Part shown: positions 46,710 through 56,843 of the stretch, in pieces
Numbering within the stretch: position 1 is the stretch's first letter
Layout: the number at the start of each line of letters is the position of its first letter
DNA from: an uncultured Planctomycetales bacterium
Lineage (GTDB): Bacteria > Omnitrophota > Gorgyraeia > Gygaellales > Profunditerraquicolaceae
Length of the DNA stretch: 64,000 nt
Assembly (NCBI GenBank): GCA_964645795.1
Contig: CAZYCL010000005.1
Coordinates: forward strand, 26,006 to 90,005
Direction of reading: 5' to 3'
Program-made: the position numbers and the translations under genes
Notes under the pieces: model-generated
The model's input: only the letters and a program-made list of their open reading frames with translations
The model's database searches: none
What the model was told of the DNA's origin: nothing

Positions 46710-47658
46710 TTTTATAATAATCCATTAAGCATTGCGCAAGAAAACCCTGGTTATAGGCCAGGTAACGCCCGTAATCAAGCAACCCGTAAAGTAATGCGCG
46801 CCGGATACCGAGCCCCTGGCCGTAATAATGCGCGCCTTTAAATAATACCGCAATAATGTTGGCGGCCGCCTTTATTTGTTTCAGCATCCAGATCAATGTC
46901 GCCCCGGTTATTTGGGCAAAATTGTATCGGCGCCTCTGAGGCGATCCGGATGTATTTAGGCATAGATAGCCGCCCTTGCCGTAATTATGGCTGGTTTTAA
47001 ACAGCTCTGCGGCTGTTGCCTTGTGCCGGGTATAAACCACGGCGCGCATATTATACTGGAAAAAATATCCGAGCTTTTTAAGCCTGATGCACAAGTCCAG
47101 GTCTTCTCCTCCTGGCATAATAAAACTTTCATTAAAGCCTCCCGCAGCACAAATGGCGGATCTTCTAAAAGCTGCGTTTGCGCTGATAAGACAGTATATG
47201 CCTTTATTATCCATAAGGGGTGTTTCGTTCAGGCGTATCCATGCGCAGTATTGGCTTACCGGCGAAGCTGCAGGCCGGGACTCTACCCTACCTCCCACGC
47301 CAGCCAGAAGCTGGTCCTCCTCAAAGGCGCCCGCCATTTCAGCGATCCAGCTCTCGCAGGCAACGCAGTCAGAGTCGATGAACGCAATTATCTGGCCACG
47401 GGATCTGCCAAGACCAAGGTTGCGCGCAGAAGCTGGCCCGCTGTTCTGCTGGAAAAAATAATAGAGCCGGCGGTCAGAGTTGCTTATAAGGGGCTGGACG
47501 GCTTCGGCGGTTGTGTCTTTAGAGCCGTCGTCAACGACTATAATCTCATATTGGTCCTTAGGGTAGGTCTGGCGAAAAAGCGATTTCACCGTCTCTGTTA
47601 TCGAATCGGCTCCGTTAAAAACCGGCACTATCACGCTTACAAATGGGGTATTGACCAT
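46681..47658 (-). CDS. Glycosyltransferase family 2
   Basis: VSVIVPVFNGADSI, VDDGSKD and DSD motifs. Confidence 0.7.
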   Translation of the reverse strand: MVNTPFVSVIVPVFNGADSITETVKSLFRQTYPKDQYEIIVVDDGSKDTTAEAVQPLISNSDRRLYYFFQQNSGPASARNLGLGRSRGQIIAFIDSDCVACESWIAEMAGAFEEDQLLAGVGGRVESRPAASPVSQYCAWIRLNETPLMDNKGIYCLISANAAFRRSAICAAGGFNESFIMPGGEDLDLCIRLKKLGYFFQYNMRAVVYTRHKATAAELFKTSHNYGKGGYLCLNTSGSPQRRRYNFAQITGATLIWMLKQIKAAANIIAVLFKGAHYYGQGLGIRRALLYGLLDYGRYLAYNQGFLAQCLMDYYKNGNGKNNKK

Positions 47659-47665
47659 GGTCTGA

Positions 47666-48529
47666 TTACCGCAGTATTTCTCTCATGACCGCCTTTGAAT
47701 TTTTCCACATGAACAAAATCATGCAGAGGCTGTCCAGGGGCAGTAATTCGCTTCTGCCGCTCAACGAATCTTCTTCAAATAAGCGCTTTAAAAGAAGCGC
47801 CTGTTCGTAGAACCTGCTCAAACCCGCTGCTACTCTTCTAAGCTTATTCTGACTGCGGCCCGGCAATATGCTTACGGGCTCCTGCCACCCCCAGTAATTT
47901 CTTAACACTGACGTGACGGTATCGTTGCGTAAATGACTGACCTGTGCCTGGGGCTCATAGATCAGCTTGAAGCCCTCCCGATAAATTCGCCGGGACAGCT
48001 CTACATCCTCATAATTATTGACCAATCCGGCGTCGTAGAAACCGATCTTCTTAACTATATCCTTTTTAAATACGGTGTTGGAGCCATACAAAAACGGCGG
48101 ACAATCCAGAATATGTTCACCCCAGGCCTGAACCATGTGTGCGGCCCTCCACCTGTCGGCGACCCTGTCCTGGTTGGTCTCCGTCAGCCTGCCGCCCGCT
48201 CCGGCTACGCCTTCCTTTACGGCATGCCCCATAAGCCTCTCCAGCCAATAACTATCGGCTTGGCAATCAGAGTCGATAGTAGCGACAAACTCATGCCTGG
48301 ATTCACGGAAAGCGATATTGCGCGAACAGGACAACCCTTTGTTTACGCTATTTCGTATGACCCTTGCCCCGTAACCCTCGGCCTTTTTTGCCGTGTCATC
48401 GCTTGATCCGTCATCGATAACGATTATCTCTGCGGCCTCATACGTCTGACCGATCGCACTCTCCAGGCAGCGTTCGATCGTCTTTGAAGAGTTATAGCAG
48501 GGTATATAAAAAGAAACCTTCTCCTTCAT
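47666..48529 (-). CDS. Glycosyltransferase family 2
   Basis: VSFYIPCYNSSKTIERCLESAIGQTY, IDDGSSD and DSD motifs. Confidence 0.7.
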   Translation of the reverse strand: MKEKVSFYIPCYNSSKTIERCLESAIGQTYEAAEIIVIDDGSSDDTAKKAEGYGARVIRNSVNKGLSCSRNIAFRESRHEFVATIDSDCQADSYWLERLMGHAVKEGVAGAGGRLTETNQDRVADRWRAAHMVQAWGEHILDCPPFLYGSNTVFKKDIVKKIGFYDAGLVNNYEDVELSRRIYREGFKLIYEPQAQVSHLRNDTVTSVLRNYWGWQEPVSILPGRSQNKLRRVAAGLSRFYEQALLLKRLFEEDSLSGRSELLPLDSLCMILFMWKNSKAVMREILR

Positions 48530-49611
48530 CTTTTATCCAAGTAGACTTCCTCGATCCTAATGACAATATCGTCCCAGTTGTAGTTATTGCGCACTCGCTC
48601 CAATGCCTTTATTCCGGCATCAACCACTATCTCAGGGTTATCTATCAAATACTCAAGTTTTGTCTTTAGATCGGCAGGGTCGCCGCTCTTAAAAGAAAAC
48701 CCGCAATTATCTATGACCTCCAGCGACTCCTGGATATCGCTGACTAACACCCCTTTGCCGCAGGCCATTGCTTCCAACAACGATAGCGACAGCCCTTCAA
48801 TTTCTGAGGGCAGGACAAAAATATACGCATTGCGGTAAAGGTCCCTGAGTTGCTCTCCGCTTACAAATCCAAAGAACTCTACCTTGGGACCAGCCAATGA
48901 ATGAAGAAATTTTGCATATTTAACCTCGGACCCGGCATCTCCGGCTATTATCAGTTTCATGTCGCGTTCCAAATCATTAAAGGCCCTGATCAGATAATGA
49001 ACGCCCTTTTCCGGGACAAGCCTTCCTACATAAAGAATATACGCGCCCTGCATGCCCCGGCTAACGCCATGAACATTCGCATCCTCTATAGATACGCCGT
49101 TGGGGATAAAAATAAGCTCTCTGTCTGTTTTTTTCTCAAGATGCTCTTTAACGGCCATCGATACGGCTATTGTCTTATGAGGAAATATGATTGCCGGATA
49201 TTCACAAACTTTCAGAAATAGCCTGGCCGGATATTTCCACTTTCTTCTTTTCCAATCAAGGCCATGTATGGTAACTATGCTTTTCTTCCCCGACAAGCGC
49301 GCCAAAACCGAGAATATCGAAGGGCCGAGGGCATGGAAGTGCACGACTTCGCAATCCGTAAAGATTGCGTGCAGGGTCGAAAGAAAGACGTGGATAAAGG
49401 TGCCCAGATGTTTACTGTTAAGCGTAGGTATATATATGGGCTTAATGTTGGGGCACAGCCCCTGTGATTGTTTTCTTCGATAGGAGCTGCGGCCGTAAAC
49501 ACAAACGGTGTGCCCTCTTTCGGCAAGGCGCCTGGCAGTTTCGTCTATTGAAGTCTCTACGCCGCCGTATAAAGACAAAAACCCTCTGCCGCCGATCATC
49601 GCAATTTTCAT
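48526..49611 (-). CDS. Glycosyltransferase family 4
   Basis: GT-B N-terminus MKIAMIGGRG..GGVE and a C-terminal EGLSLSLLEAMACGKGVLVSD motif. Confidence 0.7.
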   Translation of the reverse strand: MKIAMIGGRGFLSLYGGVETSIDETARRLAERGHTVCVYGRSSYRRKQSQGLCPNIKPIYIPTLNSKHLGTFIHVFLSTLHAIFTDCEVVHFHALGPSIFSVLARLSGKKSIVTIHGLDWKRRKWKYPARLFLKVCEYPAIIFPHKTIAVSMAVKEHLEKKTDRELIFIPNGVSIEDANVHGVSRGMQGAYILYVGRLVPEKGVHYLIRAFNDLERDMKLIIAGDAGSEVKYAKFLHSLAGPKVEFFGFVSGEQLRDLYRNAYIFVLPSEIEGLSLSLLEAMACGKGVLVSDIQESLEVIDNCGFSFKSGDPADLKTKLEYLIDNPEIVVDAGIKALERVRNNYNWDDIVIRIEEVYLDKR

Positions 49612-49614
49612 AAT

Positions 49615-51096
49615 CTAACGCCTGTATCCGTTCAAATAACTTAAGAACCTGAATAGCGAACTGAACCTCGACCTCAAATTTCTTCCTGACAATGACTGCG
49701 CTGCCTGGGAAAGGATAAAGCCCGGCCGGAAATACCTCCTGGCATAACAGGCTTTTATGATTTTTTCCAGCCGCCTTGAGCCGATATGCGGCAGCTCAAG
49801 CAACCCCTCCCTGACGTTATCTACGGGCACAAAATCTTTAGTCCTTATCCATTTATTTGCCATTGCCGCCTTGTAAAGGCCGGTCTGCGGCAGAGGCAGG
49901 GCAATGCTGTAATGCACGAACCGGCCTGCGCACTGCTTGGCAGCCTGGATGCTTTTTCTTATCGTTGTCTCCGTCTCAAGGCGGCTTGCCCCCAACAATA
50001 CCGAGACCTCCGGTTCAATCCCCGCATCCTTTAATAATCTGGTCGCCTTATAGACATCTTCGACAGTCAAGCCTTTATTGATATCATTGAGTATCTGCTG
50101 GTCGAAGGATTCACTGCCCAAATATACCAGGCGGCATCCGGACCCCTGCATCGCCTTTAACAGCTCCTGATCAAGAAGATAATCCGCACGGCTACAGCAT
50201 ATCCACTCCAACCCCAGATCCTTGATGCCGCGGCAGATTTCCATGGTTCTTGCTTTATCCCAAACAAACTGATTATCGCAGACCTCTACCGCCCTGTAAC
50301 CCAGGGAGGCTATTTGGTGAAACTCTTCTATGACTTTTGCTGCCGCCCTTAGCCGTAGCTGCGGCTTTGGCGCATTAATTCTGGCGCACTCCAATTCCGT
50401 CGCCTGGTCAGCCGCCTGGGAAGCGCAAAAAGTGCAGCTATACCTGCAGCCCCGCGAAAAACACCCTATGGTGGCCGGATGAGCGCGAAGGCGGTTTATA
50501 GAATAATCCCCCTTAAGGAGCTTTCGGTCAGGCGCGGGCAGTTGGTTTATATCCAACAGCGGCCTGGCGGGATTATGAATGGCTTTACCCTGTCTTATAA
50601 ACGAGAGGTTCTTGATCGCGGGGTAATCCGTTGACAAAAAGCGCCCCTTAAGAATATCTGCCAAGGCCTCCTCCGGCTCGCCACGGATTACAAAATAATC
50701 TTCATCTTTTAAGAACATCTGCGGCCTCCATGTCGGGTAGGGGCCGGTAAATATGCACTTGGTGTCCTGCGAATTCTCGGATATTAGTGCTGCTGCTGCA
50801 AGATCCTCAGGAGATGACAGCCATACGGTAAAAAAAACAGCCAGATCAGGCTTATTGTCTTGTATATACGAGATCATCTTTGCTGTATTATAGCCTTCTG
50901 CGGGGCAATCCAAAAACCTTACGTGGCTGGCGTAATCCTTGGCAACTGTGGCCATCGTCAACAGGTGTATAGGCGGTTTGTAATCGAATCCGTAATTGCA
51001 ACCGTAAACCCGGTCTACGGCCAGCTTTTTCTTATTTAATCCCCTGGGAGGTACAACAAACAACGCTGACAGTTTCTGGTCGCCGGCCATAATCAT
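49615..51096 (-). CDS. B12-binding (class B) radical SAM enzyme
   Basis: N-terminal cobalamin-binding-like domain, then FSRGCRYSCTFCAS (CxxxCxxC); 493 aa. Confidence 0.75.
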   Translation of the reverse strand: MIMAGDQKLSALFVVPPRGLNKKKLAVDRVYGCNYGFDYKPPIHLLTMATVAKDYASHVRFLDCPAEGYNTAKMISYIQDNKPDLAVFFTVWLSSPEDLAAAALISENSQDTKCIFTGPYPTWRPQMFLKDEDYFVIRGEPEEALADILKGRFLSTDYPAIKNLSFIRQGKAIHNPARPLLDINQLPAPDRKLLKGDYSINRLRAHPATIGCFSRGCRYSCTFCASQAADQATELECARINAPKPQLRLRAAAKVIEEFHQIASLGYRAVEVCDNQFVWDKARTMEICRGIKDLGLEWICCSRADYLLDQELLKAMQGSGCRLVYLGSESFDQQILNDINKGLTVEDVYKATRLLKDAGIEPEVSVLLGASRLETETTIRKSIQAAKQCAGRFVHYSIALPLPQTGLYKAAMANKWIRTKDFVPVDNVREGLLELPHIGSRRLEKIIKACYARRYFRPGFILSQAAQSLSGRNLRSRFSSLFRFLSYLNGYRR

Positions 51097-52319
51097 CCTT
51101 GTGCTTCAGAGTATATCTTCAGCAACGAACCGATGTGCTTCTTTTGATCGTTTATCGACTTTAACCCTTCTAAACCCGCTCTCCCCAGCTTCTCGGCTTT
51201 AGCCGGATCGTCTAATAATATTCGCATTTTGGCGGCTAGGTCTGCTGCATCCTGCCTATGAAACAAGAGTCCGTTTATGTTGTCCTGCACTACCTCCGGT
51301 ATCCCGCCTGCGTCCGATGCCACAACGGCCTTGCCGCAGGCAAAGGCTTCATAGATAACAAGCCCCGCTACCTCCGGCCAGGAAGAGGGGACGACAACAA
51401 AGAGGCTCTGGCGGATGCAATCGATGAGCCTGTCCCGTTCCAGATAACCGAGAAACTCCACATCGGCCAACGCGTTTTTTCGGCACAGCTCCTGCAGGCC
51501 GCGGCGCTCCTCTCCCTCTCCTGCGATCTTGAGCGCCAACCCTCCTAAATCGGCAGCCGCCCTTAACAAAACATCTACGCCTTTCTTCTGACCGAGGCTG
51601 CCGATATAAAGGACGTAGCCGCCGTCTTTAGGGGCTGGCCCGAATCCATTAAGGTCAACGGCGCAAGGAAGATGCCTGATCTTCTTTTCATCAAACCCGA
51701 ATTCTACCATCTTTCGTTTTGCGAAATCGGAGGGGGTGATGAATAGATCTATATTATTCCTGTACAGGCCGCCAGCCTGCGTAAAATATGCCTCAACCGA
51801 AGCCAGGAGGCTGGCGGGATAAGAATCCTTGAGACATTTGTTGATGAATGCCCTGTAGAACCTGGCGCCCTTGCACTTTTGGCAAGGCGAGCCTTTGGAA
51901 AACAGCGAATAGGCCGGGCAGATCAGCTTATAATCATGCACGGTCATTACCGTAGGTATACCGGCCTTGCGCAATACCGGCAGTATCGAAGCCGAAAGGT
52001 GGTGGTAAATATTATGGATGTGGGCCACGTCCGGCTTATGTTTTTTTATAAGCTCCGAGATGTTGTCCCTGGCCCTGAAAGAATAAATGAAATCGCAGGA
52101 GCTTCTGAGAAGCTTTAGAGGTTCTCTCAGGGAAAGCGCCGAGAAATTTGTCCCTGGGACGAAGTGCTGCGAATAAAAAGAGGGCTGATTGCGGATATCC
52201 TGCGTGAAAAAATCTATGACCGTATGACCGCCTTGCGATAAGGACCGGCGCAGGTCGAGCACGTATCTTTCTGCCCCTCCCAGATAATAAAGGAATTTAT
52301 GGCAGAGGAGTATCTTCAT
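51093..52319 (-). CDS. Glycosyltransferase family 4
   Basis: The track ORF extends to 52442 and overlaps the upstream gene. The internal ATG at 52319 (MKILLCHKFLYYLGGAERY) lies 1 nt after the upstream stop. C-terminal EVAGLVIYEAFACGKAVVASDAGG motif. Confidence 0.7.
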   Translation of the reverse strand: MKILLCHKFLYYLGGAERYVLDLRRSLSQGGHTVIDFFTQDIRNQPSFYSQHFVPGTNFSALSLREPLKLLRSSCDFIYSFRARDNISELIKKHKPDVAHIHNIYHHLSASILPVLRKAGIPTVMTVHDYKLICPAYSLFSKGSPCQKCKGARFYRAFINKCLKDSYPASLLASVEAYFTQAGGLYRNNIDLFITPSDFAKRKMVEFGFDEKKIRHLPCAVDLNGFGPAPKDGGYVLYIGSLGQKKGVDVLLRAAADLGGLALKIAGEGEERRGLQELCRKNALADVEFLGYLERDRLIDCIRQSLFVVVPSSWPEVAGLVIYEAFACGKAVVASDAGGIPEVVQDNINGLLFHRQDAADLAAKMRILLDDPAKAEKLGRAGLEGLKSINDQKKHIGSLLKIYSEAQG

Positions 52320-52320
52320 C

Positions 52321-53430
52321 TTATCCGGCAACGATCTCCTTCTGCAAAATCTCTTGCAGTTGTCTGCCCAGGACGCGTAGGCAGTATTGGGATTCGACGC
52401 AGGCCCTTGCCTTTTCCCCTGTTCTCTTGCGCAAACCCTCATCTTCGACTAAAGCCGCTACTTTGTCGATGAACTCGTTTTTGTCTTTGGCCAGAAAGCC
52501 GGTGTCGGCTTCCCGGATTATCCTGGCTGCTTCCCCTACCCTGCTTGAAACCGTAGGCTTGGCCATAGCCATGTACTCAAATAGCTTAGTCGGGCTCTTT
52601 GCCATATTGAACCTCGTCTCCTGCATGAGCGGCAAGGTCCCTATATCGATCCCCTCCAGGTACGCGGGGATATCATCCGGACTTACCCAGCCATCGAGGA
52701 GTACCTGCCGGCGGCAGGGCAGCTCATTGACCGCGGCTTCTATATCCTTAAAATAGGCGCCTGTCCCGGCAAGGCGTAAAAAAAGCTGCGGGTACTTGGC
52801 GGCCAGGACCGAAAAACACTCCAGGAGGAACATTATGTTATTGCGCATCTCAGGATGATATATTGTGCCTATCCAGGACAACCATAACTTGGAATCGCCC
52901 CGCACGTTGTTTTTCGGCTTAAATATATCGGTATCGACCCCCGTAGGAATATAGTGCATGCTCTTGCTGAATTTCCCGAAGTACTCATAAAGATAGTGGC
53001 TTGCCGAAATGCAGGCATCGGCGTAACCGCAGATAAGGCGGGTAAAAAACTCCATTTTTGAGCTGGGCCAGCAATTGAAATAGCACTTCGGGTCCTCCCG
53101 TATATTCCAGTCGTCACAATCAAAGACGATCCTGTTTTTCCTAAACAGAGAAACCAGCCATGGCGCCAGCGTATGGTAATTAAGCCTCTGGATAAAAAAA
53201 ACCGCGCCTTTTTGCGCCGAAAGGTATTTGATCGCCGGAAAATTCAGGCTGAGCTTGCGTGCGAATGGCATCTGGAACTCTTCTTCACCGTACTTTGCCC
53301 CCAGGCGCTCTGCAAACGAGAAGACCTCTGTCTCCATACCTAGCTCTTTGAGCTGCCTGGCAAAGTTGAAGCATCTGACCCTTGCCCCTGAAAGATTATA
53401 TCCTTCACGGGTGATGAATATTATTTTCAT
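52321..53430 (-). CDS. Glycosyltransferase, GT-B fold (GT4-like)
   Basis: 369 aa. C-terminal half has a donor-binding pattern (KLFEYMAMAKPTVSS). Confidence 0.55.
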   Translation of the reverse strand: MKIIFITREGYNLSGARVRCFNFARQLKELGMETEVFSFAERLGAKYGEEEFQMPFARKLSLNFPAIKYLSAQKGAVFFIQRLNYHTLAPWLVSLFRKNRIVFDCDDWNIREDPKCYFNCWPSSKMEFFTRLICGYADACISASHYLYEYFGKFSKSMHYIPTGVDTDIFKPKNNVRGDSKLWLSWIGTIYHPEMRNNIMFLLECFSVLAAKYPQLFLRLAGTGAYFKDIEAAVNELPCRRQVLLDGWVSPDDIPAYLEGIDIGTLPLMQETRFNMAKSPTKLFEYMAMAKPTVSSRVGEAARIIREADTGFLAKDKNEFIDKVAALVEDEGLRKRTGEKARACVESQYCLRVLGRQLQEILQKEIVAG

Positions 53431-55556
53431 TTTGCTTTACCGGCCTGCGCCGTTGATACCAGTATAGAATACTCGTCTGAGGCGGCCTTCGCCGAACCGT
53501 CATCGCGCATACACAGCCCCAGCTCATCATCCCATCTTTCCGCCGGGCTTGCGCTATCCCAAAGCCGCGCCTGCCTGGTCCATTGCCAGGGCAGGAATCC
53601 TGCCGCGCCTGATTCTAAAAATCCGGCGAAATCCTTTCTTAATTCTTGCGCCTGGCGCATCTCTTCGGCCAGACCATAGCCTGCCGGATTCCATACCTCC
53701 TGAAAAACAACAGGCTTAGGATATTTATCCAAGTCCTTGAACTTGCCCGGCTCGTATGTATGCAGGCATCCGTAATCCAGGATATCCAGCATTTGGATGC
53801 TTGAGTCGTCTCCTATGGTAACCGGATGCCGGTCATTATTCCTGCGCAACTCCCTGATCATGGCCTTGGCCCAACCCTTAAGCAAGCACAGGTCTTTTTC
53901 GTCCAGGCGAGGTTCATTCCAGAGGTCCCAGACGATGCCCGGGCTATCTTTATACCTCTTGGCCAGGAGCCGGATGAATTTTTTTTGAAAGAAGACCTTT
54001 CTTTTGTCGGTGATGCGCTCCTTCATTGACAGCCAGCCGAGGGGATCCCCCATCTCCCCGGGAACAAGAGAAAAAATATCCATACAGAATATCAGCCCTT
54101 GCTCATGGGCAAGCCATATAACCGCGTCGAGTATCCTGAGCGAATCCTCCTGAGGCAGGGGCATCTGTGCTACAGAGTCAAAATATGGATCCGGCTCTTT
54201 ATTAAGCACCTGCCGGAAGTAGTCGCCGAACCACTTGGGATGGTGATAATGGATGCGCACAATGTTGAGCCCCATTCGGCGCATCTTACGGAAATCCTCC
54301 CTTACGCGCAAAAGATTGGGCTTTACCCACATAAGCTCGCCGCTGCGGCTTTCATAATAGTTGATCCCCAGAAGCAGGCTGGGCGTGCCATCGACAAAGA
54401 ACTTCCCGGCCTTGACCTCAACGGTCGGCCCTGATTTTAAGGCGCCCTTATCCAAGAGCAAAAACCCGTTTTCTTCTATATCCAGGATTTCTCCCCCCTT
54501 GACAAGCCAGGTCTTTATTCTGTAAAAACCGCTTTCTCCTTCCGGCGGAGTCCATTCAATAGTGAGCTGGCGTCTTTCCAGAGGCCCCAGTAGCAGCTCA
54601 TTTTTTTGCAGGTGAACGGACCTGTTTTCTCCATCGAATATCTCAAACGTCAACCCCAGCGCCTCCGGTCTTCTTGCGCAGTTGGCGGCTTTCACCGATA
54701 TTAGGACCTTTTCGCTCTCCAGATACGCCGCCTTGTCGGGTTGCAGTTCGAATATGACGCCGGCAAACGATAAAAAACGCATGATGCTCTTCAGCTCTTG
54801 TGCGGCGCGCGCAGCTTCTTTGAACGGGTGCTGGCCGGCTGCTCCTGCCAGAAAACACCACTTCCTTGGGATACTCTTATCGTTTCCGCGGTATGGATTG
54901 CGCCAGCTCTTCACAAAGACTGCGTGTCCTCCCATGCCCGGCACGCCTATAAGCTCGGACTGTGCATAGAAATCTCTGCATGGCAGACGGTAAGGGAATA
55001 CGTTGCCGCGCGTGGGGATCACGGGGCTTGAGCGCAAACTCGTGGCGACCACAAGACGGCTGCTGCCATCTGATCCCTCGTAATGCTTTATGCCCAGCTG
55101 CGAAAGGAATTTATCGCGGGCATCTTCCTGCTTGGCGACTTGCCATCTGCCGCTCTGTTTTATCATCGGAGACCAAAACGGCTTTGCGTACACGCTAAAC
55201 AGCCCTCCCCCGGAACACAAATACTCGCTGATGTTCTCAAATGCAGCTAAGGGAAAGTTCTCCCCGTATGGCAGGATAAGGAGGTCAAAGTTGTCGGTGT
55301 TTAGGAGTTGCTTGTCTGAGAGTTGACCGGAATCAAGTAGGGCGACTTCAAAATCCGCGCTTAAGCTCTTCTGCAGCCAGCGCGAGCTGCATGCTTTCGG
55401 ACGGCCGCCAGAAGCGGGAAATCCTTTTTCGCTGAATATGGCTATCCGCAACCTCTCATCCTTGGCTTTGCAGTGCGCATGGTCCGGCCAAAAGTAAAGA
55501 AATGGCAACGCAAGCACACAGACGGCCAATCCCCGGAATATCGTCTTTGGCATCAT
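53427..55556 (-). CDS. Secreted glycoside hydrolase family 5 protein with an N-terminal class-I-glutamine-amidotransferase-like domain
   Basis: Signal peptide. GH5 catalytic acid motif WDLWNEP. The N-terminal ~250 aa has a GATase1/beta-galactosidase-trimerisation-like pattern (RIAIFS...LLILPYG). Confidence 0.6.
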   Translation of the reverse strand: MMPKTIFRGLAVCVLALPFLYFWPDHAHCKAKDERLRIAIFSEKGFPASGGRPKACSSRWLQKSLSADFEVALLDSGQLSDKQLLNTDNFDLLILPYGENFPLAAFENISEYLCSGGGLFSVYAKPFWSPMIKQSGRWQVAKQEDARDKFLSQLGIKHYEGSDGSSRLVVATSLRSSPVIPTRGNVFPYRLPCRDFYAQSELIGVPGMGGHAVFVKSWRNPYRGNDKSIPRKWCFLAGAAGQHPFKEAARAAQELKSIMRFLSFAGVIFELQPDKAAYLESEKVLISVKAANCARRPEALGLTFEIFDGENRSVHLQKNELLLGPLERRQLTIEWTPPEGESGFYRIKTWLVKGGEILDIEENGFLLLDKGALKSGPTVEVKAGKFFVDGTPSLLLGINYYESRSGELMWVKPNLLRVREDFRKMRRMGLNIVRIHYHHPKWFGDYFRQVLNKEPDPYFDSVAQMPLPQEDSLRILDAVIWLAHEQGLIFCMDIFSLVPGEMGDPLGWLSMKERITDKRKVFFQKKFIRLLAKRYKDSPGIVWDLWNEPRLDEKDLCLLKGWAKAMIRELRRNNDRHPVTIGDDSSIQMLDILDYGCLHTYEPGKFKDLDKYPKPVVFQEVWNPAGYGLAEEMRQAQELRKDFAGFLESGAAGFLPWQWTRQARLWDSASPAERWDDELGLCMRDDGSAKAASDEYSILVSTAQAGKAK

Positions 55557-56719
55557 CTAAAAGAAGTATTGTAGGCCTTCAGGAGGCTGTCGGCGGTTAC
55601 CCTCCAATTATACTCCTGTTCTGCCCTTATCCGCGCCTTCTTCTCTAAGGCCTCCCTGAGATTCTTATCGGCCAATACCCTGGTTATGCCTTTGGCCAGT
55701 GCGTCGCTGTTGCCGGCCTCAACCAATACTCCGGCATCTCCAAGCATGGCCGCAACCTCCCCTACGTTGCTGGCAACTATCGCCTTGCCGCTAGCCAGAT
55801 ACTCCACGATCTTCAGCGGGCTTTTGCAGGCGGTTACGTCGTTAGACTCGAAGCAGGCTACGCATACATCGCTGGCAGCAATATACCTGGGGATATCTTC
55901 GTGCGGCACCGCTCCCGTAAAGATCAGCCTGCCATCCAGCCCCATCTGAGCGGCCTTCTTCTTAAGCTCACCTGCCATATAGCCGTCACCGACGATCATG
56001 AAAAGAACGTCCTGTCGATATTCATCCAAGAGCTTTCTGGCGGTAAGCATGAAAAGCTCCACGTACTGGCCGCCGTGCAGCTGCCCCAGATAAAGCACCA
56101 GGGGCTTGTCAATGCGGTATTTTTCCCTTACGCTGCTGCCCGAGACCCGGGGGTTAAATCTGTCCAGATCAGCGCCTACATGGGCATCGAATATGAGCTT
56201 AGGCTGCTTTATGATCCTGAGGCATTCTTTCTTCAGCCGGCTGCTGGCTACCGATACGGTGTCGGCCGCAAGAGGTATCAAGCCTTCAAGCCGGCCGATA
56301 AACCAGCGGATAAGATCCCTGCCGAAGCCGGGAAATGTAGAGACCTCGTATATCTTTAACTCCCAATCATCCCAATCGTAATGCAGGTGTTTATTCCTTA
56401 ACAGGGCCGCTGTCATTGCCGGGATGCTGGCGTGGTAAAAACATTTTTGGAAATGCACGATGTCGCACCATCCGGCTAACCTCAAAACCCTTATGATATT
56501 AGCCAGGAGTATATGCGGGCCGTGGAGGCGGCAAAGAGGAATGGCGGTTATCCCTTCTGAAATCCGGAGCTCTGCCTGCCCCTTCCATTCCAGAGGAAAG
56601 TAAACCAGCTTTACCTTATGGCCCGACCTTTCAAGCTCCCTGGCGATATAGACGACACGCACGGTCCAGGGCTCGAACTTGGAATTGATGTCATGGGGGT
56701 GAAGCATGAGGATATTCAA
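55553..56719 (-). CDS. Glycosyltransferase family 4
   Basis: GT-B pattern with a C-terminal KIVEYLASGKAIVASNVG motif. The start may be TTG 56719 or ATG 56707. Confidence 0.7.
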   Translation of the reverse strand: MNILMLHPHDINSKFEPWTVRVVYIARELERSGHKVKLVYFPLEWKGQAELRISEGITAIPLCRLHGPHILLANIIRVLRLAGWCDIVHFQKCFYHASIPAMTAALLRNKHLHYDWDDWELKIYEVSTFPGFGRDLIRWFIGRLEGLIPLAADTVSVASSRLKKECLRIIKQPKLIFDAHVGADLDRFNPRVSGSSVREKYRIDKPLVLYLGQLHGGQYVELFMLTARKLLDEYRQDVLFMIVGDGYMAGELKKKAAQMGLDGRLIFTGAVPHEDIPRYIAASDVCVACFESNDVTACKSPLKIVEYLASGKAIVASNVGEVAAMLGDAGVLVEAGNSDALAKGITRVLADKNLREALEKKARIRAEQEYNWRVTADSLLKAYNTSFR

Positions 56720-56843
56720 ATCAGCCCCCGGGGAAAATAGTGGTCCTTTTGACGGCCTTCAACAGCCAAAGCGCGGCATCGAACAAAAATGAGAGGAGAA
56801 AAAGGGAGATTGTGACAAGCGCCTTTAATACGGGCTTCATAAT

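Noticed and set aside
51093-52442. 41-codon N-terminal extension of the GT4 gene (MRVCAREQGKRQ...).
   Set aside because: The extension overlaps the upstream gene. ATG 52319 directly follows the upstream stop and begins a typical GT-B N-terminus.
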